A stretch of DNA of 64,000 bases from an uncultured Candidatus Rokubacteria bacterium. GTDB taxonomy: Bacteria; Methylomirabilota; Methylomirabilia; Rokubacteriales; CSP1-6. The DNA is taken from the NCBI GenBank assembly GCA_963762145.1, contig CAVXJS010000014.1, positions 1 to 64,000 on the forward strand, written 5' to 3'. Positions 51,687 to 61,706 of this stretch are shown here, one piece after another. A program made the position numbers and the translations under genes. The stretch's first letter is position 1; every line of letters begins with the position of its first letter. The notes below the pieces were generated by a model. That model made no database searches and was not told the DNA's origin. It saw nothing but the letters and a program-made list of their open reading frames with translations.

Positions 51687-54647
51687 TCAGCTCACGGGCA
51701 GCGTGAAGGTGAAGCTGGAGCCGCGGCCCACCTCGCTCTCCACCCAGATCCGGCCCCCGTGTAGCTCGATGAACTTCTTCGCCAGAGTCAGGCCCAGCCC
51801 CGTGCCCTCCTGTTTGCGGGTCTCGTCGGTCCCCACCTGGCGGAACTCCTCGAAGATGGCCGCCTGGTCTTCGGGCGCGATGCCGATCCCGGTGTCGGTC
51901 ACGGCGACCTCGACGGCGCCGTCCCGCCGGCCGGCCTTCAGGCTGATCCGGCCGCCTTCCGGGGTGAACTTGACGGCGTTAGAGAGAAGGTTGAGGAGGA
52001 CCTGCTTGACCTTGCGCTCGTCCCCCACGACCTCCCCGAGTCGCGGGTCGAGGTCGAGCTGCAGGGCGATGCCGTGGCGCGCGGCGCGCTCCTTGACCAG
52101 GGTGACGGCATTCTCCAGGGCGCTCGGTAGGTGGAAGGGGGCCGGCGCCAGCTCCATCCGCCCGGCCTCGATCTTGGAGAGGTCCAGGATGTCGTTGATG
52201 AGCGAGAGGAGGTGCTGGCCGGAGGCGTAGATATCCTTGAGATACTCGTCCTGCTTCTCGTTCAACGCGCCGAACATCCGCTGGAGTAGCACCTCGGAGA
52301 AGCCGATGACGGCGTTGAGCGGCGTCCGGAGCTCGTGTGACATGTTGGCCAGGAACTCGGACTTGTGGCGGCTGGCCGCCTCGAGCTGCCGGCTCTTGTC
52401 TTCAATCTCGTGAAAGAGTCGCGCATTCTGGATGGCCAGGGCCGATTGCGTGGCGAACGTCCGAAGGAGGTCGACGACTTCGGCCGTGAACGCGCCAGAT
52501 GCCCGCCGGGTGACCACTAGCCCGCCGACGAGCTCCTCCTCGTGGAGCAGGGGGATCGCGAGCACCGAGCGCGTCCCCGCCTCGAGCATGGCGCCTCGAA
52601 TCCGGCTCTCATAGGCGCCCTCGGCCGCGATGTCCGGGATCTGGATCGGCTGGCGCGTCACGGCCATCTGCCCGACGGCGCCTTCACCCCGGCGGAGGCG
52701 CGTCGCGCGCAGCAACGCGGACTGGCTCTCGTCCGCGTTGAGCGTCGCGCGGGCCGTGAACTCTTCGGCGCTCTCGTCGTACTCGAAGATCGTGCCGCCA
52801 TCGGTGCCTGAGAGCTGAACCGCACGGCCGACGATCGTCGAGAGCACGGTGTCGAGATCGAGCGACGAGCTGACGGCCCGCCCGACTTCGCCGAGGGCTG
52901 TGAGCTGCTCGACGGAGCGTGTCAGCGCAGCAGTCCGGGCCTCCAGCTCCTTGAATAGGCGGACGTTCTCGACAGCGATGACGGCCTGGTCTGCGAAGGT
53001 CTTGAGCAGATCTAGCTCCGCGTCGGAGAAGCGGCCGGCTTCCCGACGGGTCACGATGATGACGCCCATCGCCTCGCCTTCGCGAAGCATCGGCACCGCG
53101 GCGAGACTCTGGAACCCATGCAGGCGGCCCGTCTCCCGCACGAACTCGAGCGTCGCGGGCTCCTCGATGTCGGGCACATGCACGAGCGAGCGCGTCAGGA
53201 TCGCCACGCCAGGCGCGCTGTCCATCGCCAGGGGCCGGGGGTACAGCGCGCGCTGGGCCGCGAGGGCCTCGGGCGAGCTGCCGTAGTTCGCCTGGTGGTA
53301 CAGCATCCGGCCATCGGTCAGGTGAACCGCCGCGATGATCGCGCGGCAGAGCCGCGCGGCGCTCCGGACGATCGTGTCGAAAACCGGCTGCACATCGGCC
53401 TGGGTGTGCGCGATGGCGCGCAGGACCTCGCTCGTCGCGGTCTGCTGGTCGAGGGCCTCGGTGACTTGCCGGTGCGCCTGGGTCAGCTCGCGATTCTTCT
53501 CCTGCAGTTCGGTGAACAACCGCACGTTCTCGATGGCGATGACGGCCTGGTCAGCGAAGGTGCGCAGCAGCCCTACCTGTGCGTCGGTAAAGGGCCTGAC
53601 TTCGGCGCGGCGCACCGCCAGAGTGCCGATGGCAACACCATCTTGCATCAGGGGGACAGTGAGCACCGTCCGATGCCCGAACTTGAGCGCGATGGCCTGG
53701 CCGTCCGGGAACTCAACCGATTCGGCAGTAAGGTCGGCAACCTGGACGGGTCGCTGCTCAAACACCGAACGGCCATTGACGGTGGCCCGGCTGATCGGCA
53801 TCGTGAACTCGCCCACGGGGCCGGATGGAATCGGACCGTGATGCGCCACGAGGCGCAGGCGCTCGCCTTCGCGCCGAAAGATCTGAGCATCGCGCGCCGA
53901 GCACAGCCGGCCGGCATGCTCAACGACCGTGTCCAGGACCGGCTGAACATCGGTGGGCGAGCTCGAGATCACCTTCAAGATCTCGCTCGTCGCCGTCAGG
54001 TCACGGTTCCGTGCCTCCAGCTCCGTGAAGAGGCGGACGTTCTCGAGGGCGATGACGGCCTGGTCCGCGAAGGTCTGGAGGAGCGCCAGCTGCTTGTCCG
54101 AAAACGGCCGGACCTCCATCCGGCGGATCACGATAACCCCGATGGGAACACCCTCTCGGAGCAATGGTGCGGCAAGGACAGTCCGAACGCCGGAACCCTT
54201 CGCCAGACTGTCGGGAAATTCGCTGATGGGTTCCGTGCTGAAATCACGGATGTGAATCGTCTGTCGATCGATCATCGCCCGGCCCGCCACCGAACCTCGG
54301 GTCACGGGCACCAGCCGGGCGGGCGGGAGCGGCCCGTGGGAGGCGGCCAAGTGGAAGGCGTCACCGTCGAGACGAAAGATCTGAGCATCGCTTGCTTCGC
54401 ACAGGCGGGCGGCATGTTCCGCGACTGTGTCCATCACGGGCTGTAGGTCGAGCGGCGAGCTACTGATGACGCGGAGGATCTCGCTCGTCGCCGCCTGCTG
54501 CTCCAGGGCCTCCGTCAGGGAGCGCTGCACGTGCGCATACGACGGTGCTGGCTGGGCGCTCGCTTCGAGACGCTGAAGCGGTGTACCACACTCTCCGCAG
54601 AACTTCTGGCTAGTGGGGTTTTCGTGCTGGCACCGGGGACACTGCAT
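51687..54647 (-). CDS. Soluble zinc-ribbon + 4xGAF histidine kinase
   Basis: CPRC...FCGECG, repeated FADQAVIA, FLANMSHELRTPL, HATPase boxes, no TM segment seen. Confidence 0.94.
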   Translation of the reverse strand: MQCPRCQHENPTSQKFCGECGTPLQRLEASAQPAPSYAHVQRSLTEALEQQAATSEILRVISSSPLDLQPVMDTVAEHAARLCEASDAQIFRLDGDAFHLAASHGPLPPARLVPVTRGSVAGRAMIDRQTIHIRDFSTEPISEFPDSLAKGSGVRTVLAAPLLREGVPIGVIVIRRMEVRPFSDKQLALLQTFADQAVIALENVRLFTELEARNRDLTATSEILKVISSSPTDVQPVLDTVVEHAGRLCSARDAQIFRREGERLRLVAHHGPIPSGPVGEFTMPISRATVNGRSVFEQRPVQVADLTAESVEFPDGQAIALKFGHRTVLTVPLMQDGVAIGTLAVRRAEVRPFTDAQVGLLRTFADQAVIAIENVRLFTELQEKNRELTQAHRQVTEALDQQTATSEVLRAIAHTQADVQPVFDTIVRSAARLCRAIIAAVHLTDGRMLYHQANYGSSPEALAAQRALYPRPLAMDSAPGVAILTRSLVHVPDIEEPATLEFVRETGRLHGFQSLAAVPMLREGEAMGVIIVTRREAGRFSDAELDLLKTFADQAVIAVENVRLFKELEARTAALTRSVEQLTALGEVGRAVSSSLDLDTVLSTIVGRAVQLSGTDGGTIFEYDESAEEFTARATLNADESQSALLRATRLRRGEGAVGQMAVTRQPIQIPDIAAEGAYESRIRGAMLEAGTRSVLAIPLLHEEELVGGLVVTRRASGAFTAEVVDLLRTFATQSALAIQNARLFHEIEDKSRQLEAASRHKSEFLANMSHELRTPLNAVIGFSEVLLQRMFGALNEKQDEYLKDIYASGQHLLSLINDILDLSKIEAGRMELAPAPFHLPSALENAVTLVKERAARHGIALQLDLDPRLGEVVGDERKVKQVLLNLLSNAVKFTPEGGRISLKAGRRDGAVEVAVTDTGIGIAPEDQAAIFEEFRQVGTDETRKQEGTGLGLTLAKKFIELHGGRIWVESEVGRGSSFTFTLPVS

Positions 54648-55158
54648 GCAGGGGGCCTCCCAGCGAGCCGGACCGGGAATGGTCGGACAGGTGGCACGAG
54701 GGTAGTCTGCCGAGTGGGAGGGGTCAAGGATGGTCCGACGGTCGCTGCGCCGGCGCTTGGGCGGTCCATTGTTAGGGGCTGTGGTTTAGTGTTGCCGGCC
54801 GGGGACCCCATCTTCCATGTCGCTCCTTTCCGGGCCCATTCGGGCCCATCACGACGGGACTGTTCCGAAGTTCATCTGGTTGAGACCCTCGTCAGAAATC
54901 GACGGGGCGGTACGCTCGCTCTAACTGATGAGAATTTGGCTGAATCGACTCCTCTCCTGAAAAAATATTTTGTCGATGAATGGCTTCCCTCGCACACTCG
55001 GCCTCGCGATTTTTTGGGGGTAGGGGGAGGGGGTCTCCCGGAAAACGAGGCCCGCCAGGCCATCCAGCCGCAAGGGGAGACCTGCGCTGCTGCCTGTCTG
55101 GCTCGATCCAGCTGATCCACCAACAGGTGCTTGCGCCTGCTTGAGCCTATACGAACGC

Positions 55159-55401
55159 CTACTTATCCGCGATCGCTTTGCTCTTGCGTGATCTTTGAGT
55201 GCTGCGCTCGAGCCATCGCTCGAGCTCCGCCCGCGGGAACCGCACGGTTCGGCCGAGGCGGAGGGCTGGCATGCTGGCGTCCTCGAGGGCCCAGCGCTGC
55301 ACGGTACGCGAGGATACTTGAAGGAGCTCGCCTACTTGCTTCGCGGTGAGGTACGGCGTCGCTGCCGACTTGGCCGGCTCGAACGGCGCTGTTCCTACCA
55401 T
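55159..55401 (-). CDS. Excisionase-like HTH DNA-binding protein
   Basis: YLTAKQVGELLQVSSRTVQRW...LRLGRTVRFPRAELERW. Confidence 0.85.
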   Translation of the reverse strand: MVGTAPFEPAKSAATPYLTAKQVGELLQVSSRTVQRWALEDASMPALRLGRTVRFPRAELERWLERSTQRSRKSKAIADK

Positions 55402-55766
55402 TGCTAAGGTCACGGGTATCACCTCCTTTCTATCGTGCTTATCTGTTGAGCCGGGGATGGTGCACATTTTGTCTGCGGTCCGCGGACCGTAGCTCGTGGG
55501 GCGCCGGGGTCAGCGGGCACGCTTCGAGAGAGGTAGGCTGGGGCCGGCGCGGATTGAATTGAGCGCCGAAGCCAGTAAGATTGCCTTCTCCCGGCCCCCG
55601 ATGCCGACGAGCTCGTTAAGCTAATCCCTTGCTTCTCGCGTACCTAGGGACGGCGGGAGCGGCGTGGGCGTTACGTGGCATCTCGACTATGTTGGGCCCT
55701 CATCGCGGTCATTCGGGGCATTCCGGGGTATTTTCGGCTCGTGACAGCTCTCGCGCGCGCGTAGCG

Positions 55767-55975
55767 ATGTGCGAATCTGTGTATCTGTGTATCTGTGCAT
55801 CTGTAGGATCTGGCGATCCTAGGACAGATACACAGATCTTACAGAACACACACATCACACACATTCATCTTCTCCCTGCGTCGGCCCTGGTGTACCCGGT
55901 GGTACCACTACAGGCGCACTAAGAATCGATCCCCTCTATTTCTCTAAGGCTGGTGGTGGTACCACCACCTACACC
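55767..55975. repeat. Iteron-like direct and inverted short repeats (putative replication-origin relics)
   Basis: ATCTGTGT tandem copies at 8-bp period with inverted ACAGATACACAGAT; second set GGTGGTACCAC. Confidence 0.55.
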
Positions 55976-56058
55976 AGGCCGTCAGAAGGGCGCCTCATCG
56001 GTCTCCGCCGAGACCGCCGGCTCGGCAACGGCGACGGGGTCTGCAACCACCTTCAGTC

Positions 56059-56101
56059 ATCAGCGGGTCCAAGGTTCGAGTCCTTGACGGCCCACCAAAC
56101 A
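56059..56101 (+). repeat. Right att of island 2 (3' half of tRNA-Lys)
   Basis: Identical to 38611-38653. Confidence 0.93.
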
Positions 56102-56104
56102 TTG

Positions 56105-56137
56105 ACGGGCACTTCGGAGACTTCCGGGGTGCCCGTT
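56105..56137 (+). terminator. GC-rich hairpin after the att copy
   Basis: ACGGGCACTTCGGA-GACT-TCCGGGGTGCCCGT. Confidence 0.55.
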
Positions 56138-56215
56138 ACTGTCTTTGCTACCATTTTGCTACCGGGTTGATCGTGAGCGGCTCTCCTCTTCGGCCGGTAT
56201 GCCCGCGCCTCCATG

Positions 56216-56776
56216 TCACTTGAAATCCGCCTCGTTGAACTGGAGCTTGAATCCTCGCACTCGTGGGTCGATCTCGATCTGTCGGCTCCAGGTCACTCGT
56301 GGAAGCGTGCCGGGCGCGGCGCCGGTCGGGCGCGCCACCAGGCGGTGTCGTCCAGGCTGGAAGGCAAGCTGGAGGCTGGCTCCCGGGTAGAGGAAAGTTA
56401 ACGGTGGTGCCCCAGGCGCATCCGGATCCTGGTTCAGGTAGACGACGATCGTCCATGGCGCCCCGTTGACGAGCGTGCCCACGGCCACGGATTGGCCGCC
56501 GGCCGGGTTCGGCGTCGAAGCCGAGACGATCCGCACCCCCGGCGGAGGTGGGCAACTCGGATGGCCCTCGTATGCCTGGCGCACCTCCTCCTGCTGGATG
56601 GTCACCTCGGAGAGGCCGATCGTGGCCACGCCCAAGAAAAAGCGTCCGAAGTACTTACCGTCGCGGTCATCGACCGTATCGCAGGGCCGGATGGCCAGGC
56701 TGGCGCAGCCCGCGATCGACGCGAGCATCGCGAGCCAGCACGCTACTGGACGGCCGATCGACCCGAGCACGCGCAT
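56216..56776 (-). CDS. Putative lipoprotein
   Basis: Lipobox IAGC. Confidence 0.55.
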   Translation of the reverse strand: MRVLGSIGRPVACWLAMLASIAGCASLAIRPCDTVDDRDGKYFGRFFLGVATIGLSEVTIQQEEVRQAYEGHPSCPPPPGVRIVSASTPNPAGGQSVAVGTLVNGAPWTIVVYLNQDPDAPGAPPLTFLYPGASLQLAFQPGRHRLVARPTGAAPGTLPRVTWSRQIEIDPRVRGFKLQFNEADFK

Positions 56777-56891
56777 TCTCGACCTCGAATTCTGTGCCAA
56801 CGGCGAAAAGGAGGTCCCTAGAGTACAACAGGTCCGTATGCCACGCTCCGACCGTGCCCACGAGTTCATCGAGGGTACACTGCAGCGAGGA

Positions 56892-58007
56892 CTAGTCCAG
56901 CCAGTCTTCCTCTTTGAGCTTCCGCGGCAGGTAGGTCTTGGTCAGGTAGCGGAAGTCCTTGTTGGCGAGCGCGTCGAGCTCGTACTTCAGCCCGCTCGCG
57001 AGCATCCGCTTGATCTCATCCTGCCAGGGCTTCTTCTGGAGCCACCGGTACTTGAGTAGCTCCCTGGCGCGGCTGATGTCCTTGTCGTTGAGCTTGATGC
57101 CCACGTTGCGGGGCAGGCCGTAGCGGTCGGGGTCGGCACTGGAGAGGCCGATGAACTTCGCCTTGGGAATGGCCATCCGCTCGCTCTCGAAGGCGAGGTT
57201 GATCGAGCCCTGCTTGACGACCGAGTAGATGTAGTAGCCCCAGGGGTCGTTGTCCACGAGCACGTAGACGGGAATCTTGTACTCCTCGTGCAGTCGGCGC
57301 GCCAGGCGCCGGACGCCGCGGGGCGGCTGGCCGTTGCCGGTGAGGAGCACGCAGTTGTAGCGGCGCCAGAACTTGTCCTCCGAGAGGCGATTCCACTGGG
57401 TGCCCTTCTCGACGAGCAGGACGAAGTCGGCGGTGCAGCGGCGGATCTCGATGAAGTCGGGCTCGACGATGGACGGCACCGAGTAGCCGCCCTTGCCGAG
57501 GCGCGCGCAGTCGACCCGGTCGCCGTCGTCGCCGAAGACGACCGGCCCCACGATGCTGCCCGCGTTCTCGGCGCGCACGTGGAGCTCCTCGCGCAGGGCG
57601 GCGAGGGAGACCTCGAGATCCTCGATCAGCGGGTCTGACTCGTTCTGGTTGTCGAAGGTGTTCTCGTTCGAGCCCTTCATGGTGTGCTTGGTGCGGTAGT
57701 AGATCTCGCGCAAGGACGTGGTGAGGTCGGCCCGCTGGAGCTCGGAGAGGGCGTCGGCCACCAGCACCGTCTGCATGAACTTCTTCGCCATGCCCACGTT
57801 GAAGAACGTGCGCTCCTGCTTGCGCTTGCCCATCTCGATGATGCCGCGCTTCTCGTTGAAGTTGACGTTGGCGAGGCTGCGCACCGGGATGGACAGCGTG
57901 GGGTCCTTGCTGCGGTCGGCGGCGGTGATCACCGCGTCCGCCACGCTGATGAGCTTCTTCTCGACCGCCCCGGCGACCGGAGCCTTCTTTGCCTTCGCTC
58001 GCGCCAT
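56892..58007 (-). CDS. top6A: DNA topoisomerase VI subunit A
   Basis: TSLREIYY (catalytic Tyr), TOPRIM LVEK, GNGQP, DNDPWG, KYELDAL. Confidence 0.93.
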   Translation of the reverse strand: MARAKAKKAPVAGAVEKKLISVADAVITAADRSKDPTLSIPVRSLANVNFNEKRGIIEMGKRKQERTFFNVGMAKKFMQTVLVADALSELQRADLTTSLREIYYRTKHTMKGSNENTFDNQNESDPLIEDLEVSLAALREELHVRAENAGSIVGPVVFGDDGDRVDCARLGKGGYSVPSIVEPDFIEIRRCTADFVLLVEKGTQWNRLSEDKFWRRYNCVLLTGNGQPPRGVRRLARRLHEEYKIPVYVLVDNDPWGYYIYSVVKQGSINLAFESERMAIPKAKFIGLSSADPDRYGLPRNVGIKLNDKDISRARELLKYRWLQKKPWQDEIKRMLASGLKYELDALANKDFRYLTKTYLPRKLKEEDWLD

Positions 58008-58016
58008 GGCTCTCGT

Positions 58017-60030
58017 CTACCTCTTCCTGCGCGTCGGCGTCTTGGTCTTGGGCTTCGCCGCCTTGGCGCGCTTGGCGGAGCGGGTCGGCTTGGGGGCGCG
58101 GGCCGTCTGGGCCGGTCGGCCGGGCTTGGCCGCCTTGGCCGGGCGGGCGCCCTTGTCTTTCCCCCGTGCCGGGGCGGGCTTGGTCTTCGCCGGCGGGCGG
58201 CTCCGGCGGCAACGGCGCGACCTCGGCCGGCTCGGCGCCAGGCAACTCCGGCGCGTCGCCCTCGGGCCCGTCGGGGGTGACGATGATCGAGTGGGGGAGG
58301 CCTTCCGGGCCGCCCTCGTGGCCCAGGATCGCGTCGGTGCGGGTGCCGCCGGTCCGCTTGAGCGCGATCTTCTGCAGCTGAGCCTTGAGCTTCTCCTTGG
58401 GGAGCTTGCCGCCCTTCAGCCGGCCGCAGGCCTCGACGACCTCCTCGATGTAGAGCTCGAAGATGTTGCGCCGGCGGAACTCGGTCTTGGCCCGCTCGCG
58501 CCGACGGAGGAACATGCCGAGCCGGCGCCCGCATTCCTGCAGGGCGAGCTTGATCTCCTTCCGGATCTCGTCGTAGTCGGCGATCGCTTCCTTGGACTCG
58601 CTCGTGAACGGGACCCAGACCGAGCCCATGTGGACGAAGATCACCATGGGGCCGGCGGGGAGCGCGCCGCGCGACTGGGCCACCCCGTAGTTGCGCCACG
58701 CGGTCTCGAGCGCGGCCTTGAAGGTCGCGCAGGCCGACTGCTGGTAGAGCAGCGGGACGCGATTGGCGTACCGGATGACACGGGCCAGCTCGTTGTCGTC
58801 CTCGCGATCCTCGCCTTCCGCGAGCGGCACCACGGGCGCGTCCGGCGCGGCGGTGGCGACCTGGTCCGGCGACTTGCCGAAGGCCAGCCCGGCCTCGATG
58901 ACGAACGGATTGCCGCGGTACACCGCGGCCGGTCGGGTCACCGCGGTGTAGAACTCACCCTTGATCTGCTTGTAGAGGCCGTGGAGGATCGCCTTCTCGC
59001 CGATGGGCGAGATGCAGTTCGAGGGCGGCGCCATGATCTTGGTCGCCTGGATGGCCTTGTAGAGCGCCTCGGCGGCGTCGCCGTGCACGTTGCGCGGCCG
59101 CGCGTCCGGCGAGAGCTTGGCCGTCTTGCAGATCTCCACCGCGACCGCGGGCGAGACCCGGCTGAAGTCGCCCGCGAGGAACCCGGAGAGCGAGTGGCTC
59201 CGGGTGTCGTGGAGCATGCGCAGGAGCACGCCGAACTCGATGCCGTAGGGATGCGGCTTGATCTCGCGGGGCGGGGGCGGCAGCTCCTGGATCGTCCGCG
59301 GGTACTGCCGGGTGTCGCCCTCCGGGGTGTGGTAGACGAGCGTCACGTGCGGATTGGCGATCGCGACCTGCTCGAGGAACTCGTCCACCGAGGCGCGGCC
59401 CTTCTGGTAGCGCCCTTCGATCTCGAGCGTCACCTGCGTGCCGCGCGGGTGGTGCCAGTCGATCTTCTTGCTCTCGAAGATCCGGGGCTCGTTCTTCTTG
59501 GTGTCGATCTGGACCTCGAAGTAGTGCGTCGCGGCCCGCGGCCCCGTGCTCGAGGTGATCTGCACCGGCTTGCCGGTCGTGAGCTGCGCGTACATGCCCG
59601 CCGCGGAGATGCCGATGCCTTGCTGGCCGCGGCTCATCCGGAGCCGGTGGAACTTCGAGCCGTACAGCAGCTTGGCGAAGATCGGCGGGATCTGCTGGCG
59701 GACGATGCCGGGCCCGTTGTCGATGACGGTGACGCGGAAGCGCGTGGCCTGGCTGGCCGCCACCGGCGCCTCGTCGCCGCTCGACGCGACCTCGAGCGTG
59801 ACGACCACCTCGGGCAGGATGCCGGCCTCTTCGGCCGCGTCGAGCGCGTTGTCCACCGCTTCCTTGACGCAGGTGAGGAGGGCCTTGCGCGGATTGTCGA
59901 AGCCGAGCAGATGGCGGTTCTTGGTGAAGAACTCGGAGACGGAGATCTCCCGCTGGCGCGCGCCCATCTCGGCGGCGGATGGGGCGACCTTCGTCTCGGC
60001 GGACGGCGGCCTCGCGAGTGCGGCGGACAT
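58017..60030 (-). CDS. top6B: DNA topoisomerase VI subunit B, frameshift before a basic C-terminal tail
   Basis: EFFTKNRHLLGFDN, KEAVDNALDA, DNGPGI, SRGQQGIGIS, RYANRVPLLY, VPFTSESKEAI. Confidence 0.93.
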
Positions 60031-60105
60031 TCCTCTCCTTGATATCAAATCCGCGCGCTCCCGCCGCGTTTTTTTGACCGCCGCCGCGCGAGGCTGTAGT
60101 GTTCG

Positions 60106-61269
60106 GTGGGCGTGGACTTCAAGCTGACGCCGGCACACGAGGCATTTCGCGAGGAGATCCGGGGATTTCTGCGCTCGGAGCTGTCCGCCGAGCGCCGGAG
60201 CGTCCGCGAGGACGGCTGGGTCGTCGGATTCTCGCGCGCCTTCTCGGAGAAGCTCGGCCGGCGCGGGTGGCTCGGCCTGACCTGGCCGCGGGAGTATGGC
60301 GGCCAGGCGCGCTCGGTCCTCGAGCGCCTGATCCTCACCGAGGAGCTGCTGCGCGCGGGGGCCCCGGTCGCGGCGCACTGGCTCGGCGATCGCCAGGTGG
60401 GCCCGTCCATCCTGCGCTTCGGCACCGCCGAGCAGCGCCGCGAGATCCTGCCCCGCATCACGTCGGGGGCCATCGTCTTCTGCGTGGGCCTGAGCGAGCC
60501 GAATGCCGGCTCCGACGCGGCGGCGGTCACCACCCAGGCGGTCGAGGACGGCGACGGCTTCATCATCCGGGGCCAGAAGATCTGGACCAGCTTCGCCCAC
60601 CAGGCCGACTACTGCTACCTGGTGGCGCGCACCGACGCGAGCGGACCCAAGCACAAGGGGATCAGCGAGTTCATCGTGCCGATGGCGACGCCCGGGATCA
60701 CGGTGCGCCCGTTGCTGGACATGACCGGCGAGCACCACTTCAACGAGGTCTTCTTCGAGGACGTGCGCGTACCGCGCGCCGCGCTGATCGGGCAGAAGGA
60801 TCGCGGCTGGTACCAGATCGCGGTCCAGCTCGACTTCGAGCGCGGCGGCATCGAGCGGGTGCTGAGCAACTGGCCGCTGCTGGAGGACGCGCTGGCGGCC
60901 CTGCGCGGGAGCGCGGCCCTCCGCGATCCGGTGACGCGCGACCGGCTGGCCGGGCTGCGCGTGGATCTCGAGATCGCCCGCCTGATGGTCTACCGCATCG
61001 CGTGGCTCGCCGATCACGGGCGGGTGCCCAACGTGGAGGCGGCGGTGGCCAAGTCGTTCGGGACCGAGCTCGAGCAGCGCATCGCGGAGACGGTGGGTGG
61101 GCTCTTCCAGATGTCCGCGCTGGGGATGGCCGGGACCGCGCGCGCCGCGCTCGGGGGCCGCGTCGCGCGCGCCCTGCTCTACGCGCCCGCGTACACGATC
61201 CAGGGCGGCACGAGCAACATCCTGAGAAACATCATCGCGCACCGCGGGCTCGGCTTGCCCGCGGACTGA
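60106..61269 (+). CDS. Acyl-CoA dehydrogenase
   Basis: GLSEPNAGSD, GQKIWTS, FNEVFFEDVRVP, TIQGGTSNI. Confidence 0.92.
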   Translation: MGVDFKLTPAHEAFREEIRGFLRSELSAERRSVREDGWVVGFSRAFSEKLGRRGWLGLTWPREYGGQARSVLERLILTEELLRAGAPVAAHWLGDRQVGPSILRFGTAEQRREILPRITSGAIVFCVGLSEPNAGSDAAAVTTQAVEDGDGFIIRGQKIWTSFAHQADYCYLVARTDASGPKHKGISEFIVPMATPGITVRPLLDMTGEHHFNEVFFEDVRVPRAALIGQKDRGWYQIAVQLDFERGGIERVLSNWPLLEDALAALRGSAALRDPVTRDRLAGLRVDLEIARLMVYRIAWLADHGRVPNVEAAVAKSFGTELEQRIAETVGGLFQMSALGMAGTARAALGGRVARALLYAPAYTIQGGTSNILRNIIAHRGLGLPAD

Positions 61270-61278
61270 GAGGGTGGC

Positions 61279-61701
61279 ATGGCTCGCGTGATCGTCAGAG
61301 GCGGCGCGACCGGGTTCGCGCAGGAGATCGAGGCGGGGCGGCACCGGCTGACCGCGGACGAGCCGGTCGAGGCGGGCGGGACGGACGCGGGACCGTCGCC
61401 CTACGAGCTGCTACTGGCCGCGCTCGGCGCGTGCACGTCGATGACGATCTCGATGTACGCGCGGCGCAAGCGGTGGCCGCTCGAGGCCGTCACGGTGCGG
61501 CTGCAGCACGCGCGGATCCACGCCCAGGACTGCGCGGAGTGCGAGACGAAGGAGGGCATGCTCGATCGCATCGAGCGGGAGATCAGCCTGACCGGTGCGC
61601 TCGACGCGGCGCAGCGCGAGCGGCTCCTCGAGATCGCCAATCGCTGCCCGGTGCACCGGACCCTGGTCTCCGAGATCGACATCCGCACCCGGCTGGTCTG
61701 A
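61279..61701 (+). CDS. OsmC-family protein
   Basis: [16 protein letters not shown]...[10 protein letters not shown]. Confidence 0.9.
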   Translation: MARVIVRGGATGFAQEIEAGRHRLTADEPVEAGGTDAGPSPYELLLAALGACTSMTISMYARRKRWPLEAVTVRLQHARIHAQDCAECETKEGMLDRIEREISLTGALDAAQRERLLEIANRCPVHRTLVSEIDIRTRLV

Positions 61702-61706
61702 GGCGG

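Noticed and set aside
57016-61344. 1442-aa ORF and other long antisense or overlapping ORFs (27247-28956, 32682-33737, 60099-61706)
   Set aside because: Shadow ORFs caused by high GC and read-through of a frameshift; real genes are already accounted for in other frames.
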